NCBI GenBank assembly: GCA_002269645.1
Contig: NIVC01003399.1
Span: 1 to 64,000, forward strand
Direction: 5' to 3'
Length of the DNA stretch: 64,000 nucleotides
From: Macrostomum lignano
Taxonomy: Eukaryota
Position numbers and translations under genes: made by a program. Position 1 is the stretch's first letter, and the number at the start of each line of letters is the position of its first letter. Under the pieces are notes generated by a model. That model ran no database searches, was not told the DNA's origin, and was given only the letters and a program-made list of their open reading frames with translations. Below, one piece after another: positions 50,115-61,630 of the stretch.

Positions 50115-50575
50115 GTGAAGGGCAGAGGTGAGACGTGGGTGTAGGGCAGAGGTGAGACGTGGGTGAAGGGCAGAGGTGAGACGTGGGTGAAGGGCAGAGG
50201 TGAGACGTGGATGTAGGGCAGAGGTGAGACGTGGATGTAGGGCAGAGGTGAGACGTGGGTGAAGGGCAGAGGTGAGACGTGGGTGTAGGGCAGAGGTGAG
50301 ACGTGGGTGTAGGGCAGAGGCGAGACGTGGGTGTAGGGCAGAGGTGAGACGTGGGTGTAGGGCAGAGGTGAGACGTGGGTGTAGGGCAGAGGCGAGACGT
50401 GGGTGTAGGGCAGAGGTGAGACGTGGGTGTAGGGCAGAGGTGAGACGTGGGTGTAGGGCAGAGGTGAGACGTGGGTGTAGGGCAGAGGTGAGACGTGGGT
50501 TTAGGGCAGAGGTGAGACGTGGGTTTAGGGCAGAGGTGAGACGTGGGTGTAGGGCAGAGGTGAGACGTGGGTGAA
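50115..50575. repeat. 24-bp minisatellite (GGGCAGAGGTGAGACGTGGGTGTA), ~19 copies
   Basis: Read directly. Confidence 0.95.
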
Positions 50576-50924
50576 GATCCACCATCACACCACGAGCTAG
50601 ATGTATTTCCGCTTTCGTGACTTGCAAAGTCCCGAAATCTCAGACAGTTACAGTCGGCACACCTGGATGCAGAGTTCCGGGCCTCTCTCTGTAAATAAGA
50701 GTCCTCGAATAAGAAATTCCAACTCCGCCAGTCTTGAATCAGTTAAAAGAGGAAGTGTTTAATTTCTCGTAGATATAGAGTGAACCCTGGATTAGACTAG
50801 CACGCACTCTAGCTTAGGTATTCCAGTTGCAAATGAGTGCGATAGCTGAGCATGGAAGCCAGTCATGTCATCTGCATGTTTTGTTGCAAACATAGTTCTA
50901 GAATAAAAAATTGAGAAAAAAGAA

Positions 50925-51415
50925 ATAGCAGAAATAGAGAAGAGAGGAGAGAGTAGAGGAGAGAGAGAGAAAAAATGGGAGAGAGCAGATAGGAGAAAAG
51001 CGAGAAAAGATTACGAAAGAAAGAATAATGGAGAGAAAAGAAAGAAGAGGAGAGAGGGGAGAGAGGAGAGGGGAGAGGAGAAGAGAAGAGAAGAGGAGAG
51101 ATGAGATGAGATGAGAGGATAGAAGAGAGGAGAGGAGAGAGAGGAGAGATGAGATGAGATGAGAGGATAGAAGAGAGGAGAGGAGAGAGAGGAGAGATGA
51201 GATGAGAGAAGAGAGAGGAGAGGAGAGATGAGAGGAGAGGAGATGAGAGGAGAGGAGATGAGAGGAGAGGAGAGACGATAGTAGAGGAGATGAGATTAGA
51301 TGAGAGGATAGAAGAGAAGAGAGGAGAGAGAGGAGAAAGGAGAAGAGAGGAGAGATGAGAGGAAAGGAGAGATGAGATGACATGAGATGACATGAGAGGA
51401 GAGGAGAGCAGAGGT
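50925..51415. repeat. GA-rich low-complexity tract
   Basis: Read directly. Confidence 0.85.
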
Positions 51416-52085
51416 GAGGTGCAAAATCAAACAAAAATGCTGGCACATTGAGGCACACATAAAGGAGTGCACAGAACAACGGAGACTGGATCAGTCAGAC
51501 GCCAACCGAGCAGACTGACGACTGGCTGCCCTGCTTGAGCTTGCTTGACCAAATTTCCCCTAAGATTCCAAATTCATCCTTCCCCTTTCCGTGGCGCCTC
51601 CGGTCTGGGGGGTGCCAGGGAGCGAGGCTGTTGATCCCACAGTCGAGCGGAAATTGATGGCTAGTCCAGCATCCCCCTGCCTCATCCTGCCTGTCAATCA
51701 TTATTATCAGTTCTGCCGCAGGAATGTCTCTACCCGATAGTTGTGTGAGCTCGTGAATTTTCACTGCTCACAATTTTGGCGGTGAGCGAGCCGAAAAAAA
51801 GAAAACAAGAAAAAACTGACTGCCTCTGAGTCCCATAGCTGCACGCGATGTTTTCTGCTCTGCCCCCGCCTGCCAGGCAACACAGCAGCCGCTCCACTTC
51901 CTCGTGACGGCTAAAATCAATTGATAAAATTCAATACTGTCTAAATTGGTGCGCCATTAAATTCTAGAAGCCCGTCTGACGGCCTTTTATACCTGCATGT
52001 AGTACCAATAAAGTGCAGTGCAAACTCACTTCATCGCTTCTGGCAGTCACGCCTGCTGATTCAACAGGTGGTTCGAATTGCATAC

Positions 52086-52815
52086 CATTCACTCACTCAC
52101 TCACTCACTCACACTCTCACTCACTCACACTCTCACTCAATCACACTCTCACTCACTCACACTCTCACTCAATCACACTCTCACTCACTCACACTCTCAC
52201 TCACTCACACTCTCACTCACTCACACTCTCACTCACTCACTCACTCACTCACACTCTCACTCACTCACACTCTCACTCACTCACACTCTCACTCACTCAC
52301 ACTCTCACTCACTCACTCACACTCTCACTCACTCACACTCTCACTCACTCACTCACTCACACTCTCACTCACTCACTCACTCACTCACTCACTCACTCAC
52401 TCACTCACTCACACTCTCACTCAATCACACTCTCACTCACTCACACTCTCACTCAATCACACTCTCACTCACTCACACTCTCACTCACTCACACTCTCAC
52501 TCACTCACTCACTCACTCACTCACTCACTCACTCACTCACTCACTCACTCACTCACTCACTCACTCACTCACTCACTCACTCATTCATTCAATCAATCAA
52601 TCAATCACTCACACACACACACACACACACACTCACTCACTCACTCACTCACTCACTCACTCACTCACTCACTCACTCATTCATTCACTCACTCATTCAT
52701 TCACTCAATCAATCAATCAATCAATCAATCACTCACACACACACACACACTCACACTCACACTCACACTTACTCCCTCATTCATTCCCTCACTTAATCAA
52801 TAAATCACTCATTCA
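52086..52815. repeat. Compound microsatellite (CACT)n / (CA)n / (TCAA)n
   Basis: Read directly. Confidence 0.95.
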
Positions 52816-53269
52816 TGAACTTACCGTACGAACTCATGAAATCAATTACGACCTCAGGCGCCACCATTCAAGTAGCAACGTCTCGCATATTTCAATATAC
52901 TTTTCAAACAAATTTCCTAATCTTGACGACAAGCCGGCATGCTTCCGGGATTTCTCAAAGTGACAATTTTTGTCTACTAATTAATTAGTGGGGTAACCTG
53001 ACTCGGGTAGTGAACTGCGTGATTCGCAAAAATTCCACCCCATAGCAACCGCTGACAAAATCTGCTAATCAATTCGGAGAGGAAGTGCTGTTAGCTGGAT
53101 TAAATAAATGAATAACAGATCAGATTTCTGCAAGTGACGAAAACACTCTCATGAGATTTGTGCCACCGGAGCTAACTGATCCGCAACATCCCTGTCTGTT
53201 CCTGGGTTGTTTGGCCTTCACTATCCTCTCCCTGCTGCCTGTTTTGTATCCACGCCTCTTGCTGCATGC

Positions 53270-54175
53270 ATCTACCCCTGCTATCTGCCTTTATCTACCC
53301 TGCTATCTGCCTTTATCTACCCCTGCTATCTGCCTTTATCTACCCTGCTATCTGCCTTTATCTACCCCTGCTATCTGCCTTTATCTACCCCTGCTATCTG
53401 CCTATATCTGCCCCTGCTATCTGCCTTTATCTACCCCTGCTATCTGCCTTTATCTACCCCTGCTATCTGCCTTTATCTACCCCTGCTATCTGCCTATATC
53501 TGCCCCTGCTATCTGCCTTTATCTACCTCTGCTATCTGCCTTTATCTACCCTTGCTATCTGCCTTTATCTACCCCTGCTATCTACCTTTATCTACCCCTG
53601 ATATCTGCTCTTATCTGCCTCTGCTATCTGCCCTTATCAACCTCTGCAATCTACCCTTATCAACCCTTGATATCTGCCCTTATCAACCACCCCTGCTATC
53701 TGCCCTTATACATGTAAACCCTGCAATCTGTCCTTACATTTATCTACCCCTGTCATCCGCCCTTATCAACCCTTGATATCTGCCCTTATCTACCCCTGCT
53801 ATCTACCTTTATCTACCCCTGATATCTGCCCTTATCTGCCTCTGCTATCTGCCCTTATCAACCTCTGCAATCTAACCTTATCAACCTCTGCAATCTAACC
53901 TTATCAACCCTTGATATCTGCCCTTATGAACCCTGCAATCTGTCCTTACATTTATCTACCCCTGTCATCCGCCCTTATCAACCCCTGCTATCTGCCCTTT
54001 TCAACCCCTGCAATCTGCCATTACATGTATCTACCCCTGTCATCTGCCCTTATCAACTTCTGCTATCTGCCGTTATCTACCCCTGTTATCCGCCCTTATC
54101 AACCCCGGTTATCCGCCCTTATCAACCCCTGCTATTTGCTCTTATCTACCCCTGTTATCTGCCATTCTTATCTTT
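53270..54175. repeat. 23-bp minisatellite (CTACCCCTGCTATCTGCCTTTAT), decaying rightwards
   Basis: Read directly. Confidence 0.92.
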
Positions 54176-54894
54176 GCAGCTACCTGCCGAAATTTTATTC
54201 TAGCCTGTGTAAAAAGAAAACTTTTCATAATACTTTAAGCATCAGGTCCCTCTATTGCACATAAAATGAAACATATTGTACTTACAATTAATATTGTAAG
54301 TAGCGACTAGCGCATATCTATGCATGTGTATCTCTTTGGTAAAATTTTAAATAAAATAATAAAATAGCGTACAAAACCAGCCTCTCAAACAGATTTTCAA
54401 CAAAACCAGAAAGTGTACTGGGACTAAACGGGCACGCCAGCAAGATCAAGTGCGAAATGACACAATATAATAAGCTTGTATTTTCCAGGCGGATAAGCTA
54501 AACAGAGATATTTACCGAATATATTATAATCCTTATCCAGTTAACATCTGAAATAAATTAATCAACTCAGAATGATTCTAGCTAAACAAAGGCACCGTTT
54601 TAGCATTTACTGAAAAAATTGAGAGACTAAATTGATCGTAGTCTAGACTAGAAAGTGTTGAGATCCCAGAGAAGTTTATAAAATAGATATGTGCAGATAA
54701 AACAGTCAGTGCATTCTTTGCTACTAACAGTAGGACTGCCGAAACATGATGTAGGTCAGTTTCTGAATAAATATTCTAAGACTGGAATTTTAAGAAATAA
54801 TCGTGATAATTAGAATCGTGGGAGAGGTAGATAGGAATTCTGGAAGATGATGCCAGGAATATGGGATCTTAGATTGGAATATTGGAACAGTGAT

Positions 54895-55185
54895 CAGGAT
54901 TATGCAAATAGGGATCAGCATTCTGGGAATAGGGATCAGCATTCTGGGAATAGGGATCAGCATTCTGGGAATAAGGATCAGCATTCTGGGAATAGGGATC
55001 AGCATTCTGGGAATAGGGATCAGCATTCTGGGAATAGGGATCAGCATTCTGGGAATAGGGATCAGCATTCTGGGAATAGGGATCAGCATTCTGGGAATAG
55101 GGATCAGCATTATGGGAATGGGGATCAGCATTATGGGAATGGGGATCAGCATTATGGGAATAGGTATCAGAATTTTGGGAATAGG
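54895..55185. repeat. 21-bp minisatellite (GGAATAGGGATCAGCATTCTG)
   Basis: Read directly; related to 55790-57140. Confidence 0.92.
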
Positions 55186-55789
55186 AGAAAAATCAGGTAC
55201 TTATATTTTAATACGTAAAATACAAGAGCCCTAAGGCTAGACAGTCCTACTGATAGTGAATTTCTCTCCTCTCTACGGTCGATCACAGATTGATAAGTAG
55301 GCTGCAAGTAGTATGCATAACATTTTATAAATCATATATAATAGCATAGCAATAGAGAAACTGTATTTGGAAGACAGACATTTAGAATGACCAGGCGGAA
55401 TGCGCTGTAAACCACGGACCAAATAGAATAATAAAAAGTCGATATTATCAACTGAGCGACACAAGTCAAGGGCGCAGAAAAAACTGGCCATGGATGACTT
55501 GAATAAAAAAATAAGACTTGGATTGGAAGCCACCGTGAAAATACACGACACACCTAACTAGAGAAAATGACTAGTATTTGAGTTAAATAATAAAAAATGC
55601 TTAAAACAACACTGCAGCCCCATTTCCTTAACTAAGCTACTGTATATAGCAGACCGGTGGAACAACACGCAGCTGAAGCAAGAAATTTTACAATAAATAA
55701 AATGATAAAACAAGTCGACTTCCTGGGATTTTATATATTATTGCCTGATATTACTACAATATTGCGATCATTATGATTTTTAAAAATGG

Positions 55790-57140
55790 GAACCAGGTCT
55801 CTTAGCGTTGGGTTTAGCATTCCAGGAATGGGGATCAGGGTTCTAAGAAAGGGGATCATGATTCTAAGAATGGAGATCAGGATTCTAGGAATGGGGATCA
55901 GGATACTAAGAATGGGGATCAGGATTCTTGACGTTGGGTTTAGTATTCCAGGAATGGGGATAAGGATTCTAAGAATGGGGATCAGGGTTCTAAGAATGGG
56001 GATCAGGATACTAAAAATGGGGATCAGGATACTAAAAATGGGGATCAGGATACTAAAAATGGGGATCAGGATTTCTAAGAATGAGGATCAGGATTCTAAG
56101 AATGAGGATCAGGATTCTAAGAATGAGGATCAGGATTATAAGAATGGGGATCAGGATTCTAATAATGGGGATCAGGGTTCTAAGAATGGGGATCAGGATA
56201 CTAAAAATGGGGATCAGGATTTCTAAGAATGAGGATCAGGATTCTAAGAATGAGGATCAGGATTCTAAGAATGAGGATCAGGATTCTAAGAATGAGGATT
56301 AGGATTATAAGAATGGGGATCAGGATTCTAAGAATGAGGATCAGGATTCTAAGAATTGGGATCAGAATTCTAAGAATAGGGATCAGGATTCTAAGAATGG
56401 GGATCAGGATTCTAAGAATGGGGATCAGGATTCTAAGAATGGGGATCAGGATTCTAAGAATGGGGATCAGGATTCTAAGAATGAGGATCAGGATTCTAAG
56501 AATGAGGATCAGCATTCTAAGAATGGGGATCAGGATTCTAAGAATGGGGATCAGGATTCTAAGAATGAGGATCAGGATTCTAAGAATGGAGATCAGGATT
56601 CTAGGAATGGGGATCAGGATTCTAAGAATGAGGATCAGGATTCTAAGAATTGGGACCAGGATTCTAAGAATGAGGATCAGGATTCTAAGAATGGAGATCA
56701 GGATTCTAGGAATGAGGATCAGGATTCTAAGAATGGAGATCAGGATTCTAAGAATTGGGACCAGGATTCTAAGAATGAGGATCAGGATTCTAAGAATGGA
56801 GATCAGGATTCTAAGAATGGGGATCAGGATTCTAAGAATGGGGATCAGGATTCTAAGAATGGGGATCAGGATTCTAAGAATGGGGATCAGGATTCTAAGA
56901 ATGAGGATCAGGATTCTAAGAATGGGGATCAGGATTCTAAGAATGAGGATCAGGATTCTAAGAATTGGGATCAGGATTCTAAGAATGGGGATCAGGATTC
57001 TAAGAATGGGGATCAGGATTCTAAGAATGGGGATCAGGATTCTAAGAATTGGGATCAGGATTCTAAGAATGGGGATCGGGTTTCTAGGAATGGGGATGAG
57101 GATTCTTGGTTCAAGATTCTAAAAATGGGGATCAGGATAA
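55790..57140. repeat. 21-bp satellite (AAGAATGGGGATCAGGATTCT), ~60 copies
   Basis: Read directly. Confidence 0.95.
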
Positions 57141-57288
57141 AAATGGGCATGGGAACAAGAGTTGCTCAGGCTTCTTGGGACTCTCTTTAACTAGCAAGAA
57201 ATCCAGGATTTTCTGAGCCACCACCCTCAGCAACCGGACAAGACACGCCAGATAAGCAGGGAATTATCCTGCCGACATCCAGAGCAAT

Positions 57289-57862
57289 TTATCCCAACCT
57301 ATCCGGCAGCAGAGCGGCCGCATCGAACTTGCCGCTCTGGTGATAGCGGCCCCTGTCTGCATAGTCAGAGTTCTCCTCCGTCACAGCGGCCGGAGCGCTG
57401 GTCACCGGCGGCCGCGCCTGCGAACCTCCGCTGACGGCCGCCGCCGCCGACGACGTCGCATCAGTCGAGGCTCCCCGACGAAGTTGAGCAAAACAACAGG
57501 CGCCAGCTCTCAGCCAGGGCAGCAGGGCGAAGGTGGACACGCCGGGATGGGCGCCGGGACACAGGCGGCCCAGGCACAGGTACAGGAGGGCCACTAAGGC
57601 CAGGCAGGCCAGGGCATAGGCCCACTGAATAGCCAGCATGGCAACCAGGCACAAGCAGGTGGCAGAGAGCGACAGCCACCGGTTTGTTAGCCGGCTGGTC
57701 CACGCGGTCGACTTGGCGCCGACCTCCAGCTGACCCGACTGGCTGCGGCAAACCGCCGGGTCTTCGTCGGCTACAGCGGATGATTTGGCGTCGCTCCGCC
57801 GTGTTGGCTCGGCGCTGCCCAGCTCGCGTTCGGGGAAAAGGCGATCCAGATCGTCCGATGAC
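57289..57862 (-). CDS. SLC12A8: Solute carrier family 12 member 8, exon 4 (terminal)
   Basis: cttaccgcAG acceptor, phase-2 join. NRWLSL...MLAIQWAYAL...CPG...TEENSDYADRGRYHQS resembles the remembered SLC12A8 C-terminus (NPWVSL...IQWVYTL...TQENADFATRDRYHHS). TAA at 57291-57289. Confidence 0.9.
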
Positions 57863-57959
57863 CTGCGGTAAGGGATTTGAAATCCGATTGAGCAATCGAT
57901 ATCGACTCGAATACTCGTATCTGGCGTCAAAATTTAACCCTAAAATCTTTAAATCCCGA

Positions 57960-58610
57960 ACCCATATTCTGATTCGCAGTCCCGATCCCCAATTCAGAAA
58001 TCAAATCCCCAATCCAGAACTCCCCTTATTTCAGAAATCCCATCCCCAATTCAGAAATCCCGATACTCAATTAAAAAATCCCTATCCCTAATTAAGAAAT
58101 CCCGATCCCTAATTAAGAAATCCCGATCCCTAATTAAGAAATCCCGATCCCAAATCTAGATATCCCTATCCCAAATCCAGAAATCCCGATCCCAAATCCA
58201 GAAATCTTAATCCCCAATCCAGAAATCCTAAGTTCAGGATCCCTAATCAAGAAAACCGGATCCCCAATTAAGAAATCCCGACCCCCAATTCAGAATTCCC
58301 GATCCCAAATCCAGAAATCCCGATCCCAAATCCAGAAATCCCGATCCTAAATCCAGAAATCTTAATCCCCAATCCAGAAATCCCGATCCCAAATCCAGAA
58401 ATCCCAATCCCCTAATCCATAAAACCGGATCCCCAATTAACAAATCCCGATCCCCAATCTAAAAATCCCGATCCCCAATCCAGAAATCCCTATCCCAAAT
58501 CCAGAAATCCCTATCCCAAATCCATAAATCCCTATCCCAAATCCATAAATCCCTATCCCAAATCCAGAAATCCCATCCCCAATCGAGAAATCCCGATCCC
58601 CAATCCAGAA
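57960..58610. repeat. ~21-bp repeat (AAATCCAGAAATCCCGATCCC) in SLC12A8 intron 3
   Basis: Read directly; reverse-complement relative of 55790-57140. Confidence 0.88.
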
Positions 58611-58691
58611 TAGCATGAAATATTTGATCTGAGTTCACAAAGCATGGGACTGCATTATTGGAAATGTAAAACACACAGCTAGATGTCGCAC

Positions 58692-58930
58692 CTCAGCCTC
58701 GGGCTCTGCGGCTCGGAGTCCCTTCGGCTTCTGCGGCGGCCCAGATCGAATCGCCTGACGCGGTCGGCCTCGAGGTCGCGAGTCATAGCCAGCGCGAAAT
58801 AGGCATAAGAGACGGTCGCGTAGGTAATCAAAAACGGCATAGTTACTATGGGGCCGAGAAAGTTGACATTGCCAACGGCCGTGAACAGTAGCGAGACGGA
58901 TGTGACAGTGATTAGAGCGTATAGGGGCAC
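58692..58930 (-). CDS. SLC12A8: SLC12A8 exon 3
   Basis: ctccccAG acceptor; VPLYALITVTSVSLLFTAVGNVNFLGPIVTMPFLITYATVSYAYFALAM; AG|GTGCGA donor. Confidence 0.9.
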
Positions 58931-59049
58931 CTGGGGAGGTTTGAAACGCGAGTTGATAGGATTCATGGGCTTTTGAAACCTACAATTCTCCTTAATTCCC
59001 TTCATCCCCACGAGCTAATCGCAGCTAATGAGTCAAGAACTACCATAAG

Positions 59050-59580
59050 TCCTTTAATCCCAGATTACTTAATCCAACTCCAATGCTAACTTTCTTAATC
59101 CTCAATCATATCTGCCAAAATCACTAATCTGAACACGAGAGTATAATATATAATCCCGAATCCCAAAATCCCCCATGTTTACTCCCATAATCTCAAATCC
59201 AAATTCTCTTCTCTAATCCCAACCCCCGTAATCCCTAATCCAAATTATCTTCTGTGATTCCCAATTCCCGTAATCACTAATCCAGATTCTCTTCTCTAAT
59301 CCCAACTCCCATAATCCTGAATCCAAAGTCCTATAATCCCTAATCGTAACTTTGATCCATAATCCCAATACCCATAGCCTCAAAATCCCAACTACCATTA
59401 TCCCTAATCCCAATAATCATAATCCCAACTCCCATAATCCCTAATCCCAATACCCATAATCCCAACTCCCATAATCCCTAATCCCATAATCCCTAATCCC
59501 AATACCCATAATCGCAACTCCCATAATCCCTAATCCCATTACCCACACACCCAAATCCAAAATTTAATAATCCATAACTA
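59050..59580. repeat. Degenerate CCC/AAT-rich repeat (CCCTAATCCCAACTCCCATAAT) in SLC12A8 intron 2
   Basis: Read directly. Confidence 0.8.
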
Positions 59581-59716
59581 CCATTAATACCCCTCGATAT
59601 CTAGGTATCACTACAGTCACTAATAATAATTATTTAGTAAAAAGGTATCTCTCTAAGTTAATCTCCAGAACCCCAAATCCCGAGCACAACCGGTATCCCA
59701 AGCAAGATTCGCGCAC

Positions 59717-60682
59717 CTGCACAGAGAACTTGAGCTCAGCCAGCACTCTCAGTCCGGGCAGTTGAGTATTATGCGCCACAGCCGACAGCACCCTAGCCGC
59801 TGCAGTCAATCCGCCCAGCGCGGCACTCATGGAACTGACATAGAGTCCGCACAGAAACAGCGGCCCCAACAGCGACACTTTCTGGCCAATCAGCGGGTCC
59901 GACTGCAGCGCCCATCGTTCGCAGGTGGCGCCAAGCACTAGCACGAAGGTGACGTACAGCAGCCAGCTGGAGGTGACCGCTAGCAGGCTGCCAACCGGCA
60001 CAGAGCGCTGCGGATTAGCCAAATCTCCAGCCATATCCACCCCGGCCAGTACTCCAGTGATAGTAGGCAAGAACACGCCCAACACTGTGAAGAAGCTCTC
60101 ACCGCTGGAATAGTCAGGCCGGCTGTTGTTGAACAGCGCCTCTCTAGAATAGCCGGTCACTCCGCTAGCAGCAGTTGTTGTCGTTGCCAACGCCCCGGCG
60201 TTGCTATGAACAATGGAACCAATTAGAAAATCCAGCACAGCAATGAACAGCAGAGCTAGCAGTGCCAGCTGCAGTCTGATCACCCATTTCACACCGGCCC
60301 CGCACACGGCTAACAGGCTCAGCGTGACGCATGCCGCCACGCCCCTGGCTGGCCAGTCGCTGCCGCCGCTGTCGTCGCGCCAGCCGGTCAGCTCGGCCAC
60401 CGACTCGCCCAGACCGGCGGCGTACAGCGACACTCCGATGGACTGGCCGAGCCAATAGGCGCTGCCAATGGACGCGGCCAGCCGGTCGCCAAGCGCCCTA
60501 CGCAGCAGGGGGTAGACTCCGCCTCCGCCGGGCTCGTCTAGATCTCCGGCGCCGCCGCAACGATCCATGGCGCCAATAGCGCCGAGTACGGTGAGCAGAG
60601 CCACCGAGGAGGTGAGCGACGCGATTAACAGCGCGAGGGGAACGCCGGCCTCGCCGACCACCCAGCCTGCGCGAAGGAATAC
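59717..60682 (-). CDS. SLC12A8: SLC12A8 exon 2 (transmembrane core)
   Basis: VFLRAGW...GVKWVIRLQL...PDYSSGESFFTVLGVFLPTITGVLAGVDMAGDL...KVSLLG.LFLCGLYVSS; phase-0 junctions at both ends. Confidence 0.95.
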
Positions 60683-60764
60683 CTGAGAGGCGAAAAATTT
60701 TCCCTTTATAACAGTGCCTCAGGTGTCAATTTAGTGCAGCTGAAACTTGGATTGATTTAGGGAT

Positions 60765-61005
60765 CAATGAACTTGGGATAATTTAGGGATCAATAAATTT
60801 GGGATAATTTAGGAATCAATGAAATTGGGATAATTTAGGGATCAGTGAAATCGGGATCAATTATGGGATCAATGAACTTGGGATCAATTTAGGGATTAAT
60901 GAAATTGGGATTAATTTGGGGATTAAGGAAATTGGGATTAATTTGGATATCAATGAAATTGGGATAAAATTTAGGGGTCAATTTGTGGGATTTAGTTTTG
61001 GGATC
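60765..61005. repeat. ~22-bp repeat (AATGAAATTGGGATAATTTAGGGATC-like) in SLC12A8 intron 1
   Basis: Read directly. Confidence 0.8.
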
Positions 61006-61084
61006 AAATAGGACTACATTAAGTGGCTGACTAAATTTAATATCTATACTGGTTTGAAGACAGCCCCAAAGCCCAACAGCATAC

Positions 61085-61357
61085 CACAGTGCCGAATATG
61101 TTCATCATGCAGCTCGTGAAGACGCCATCCCACGGACCAAATTTGACTCTTTCTGTAATGAGAAAATTTGCTTTCCACCACGGCCCCAGCTGGTCCTGAC
61201 TGTCGTTGCCGACCTCTTTGAACAGTTCATTGTCGCGAACTGGGTCCTGGTGGCCTGCAGGCTGATTGTCACCATCGTAGCGATAGAAGCCGTGAGTTGA
61301 TGCGCCGCCATTACTACTGACTGCCGAATCTGCCAGTAGGCTGGTTCGCTCGCTCAT
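61085..61357 (-). CDS. SLC12A8: SLC12A8 exon 1
   Basis: PWWKANFLITERVKFGPWDGVFTSCMMNIFG matches SLC12A8 (PWWK...FGTWDGVFTSCMINIFG). GTG|GTATGC donor. The four exons total 2052 nt (683 aa plus stop). Confidence 0.93.
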
Positions 61358-61404
61358 TTGCAACTAGCTGTCAGCTCTGAGGCCAAGTCAATGTCTGAAA
61401 TTCC

Positions 61405-61630
61405 CCATTGAGGCTTTGGTTAGCTGATTGAGCCATTCTCTATTGAGTCATTGGTCAGCTGATTGAGCAATTCCCCATTGAGTCATTGGTCAGCTGATTG
61501 AGCAATTCCCCATTGAGTCATTGGTCAGCTGATTGAGCAATTCCCCATTGAGTCATTGGTCAGCTGATTGAGCAATTCCCCATTGAGTCATTGGTCAGCT
61601 GATTGAGCAATTATCCATTAAGTCATTGGC
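61405..61630. repeat. 35-bp repeat (CCATTGAGTCATTGGTCAGCTGATTGAGCAATTCC), ~6 copies
   Basis: Read directly; on the minus strand it ends about 40 nt before an AG that lies 6 nt upstream of the SLC12A8 ATG. Confidence 0.9.

Noticed and set aside
59050-61005. CCCTAA/TTAGGG-containing repeats as interstitial telomeres
   Set aside because: The hexamers are scattered parts of 20-26-bp degenerate units, not (TTAGGG)n runs.
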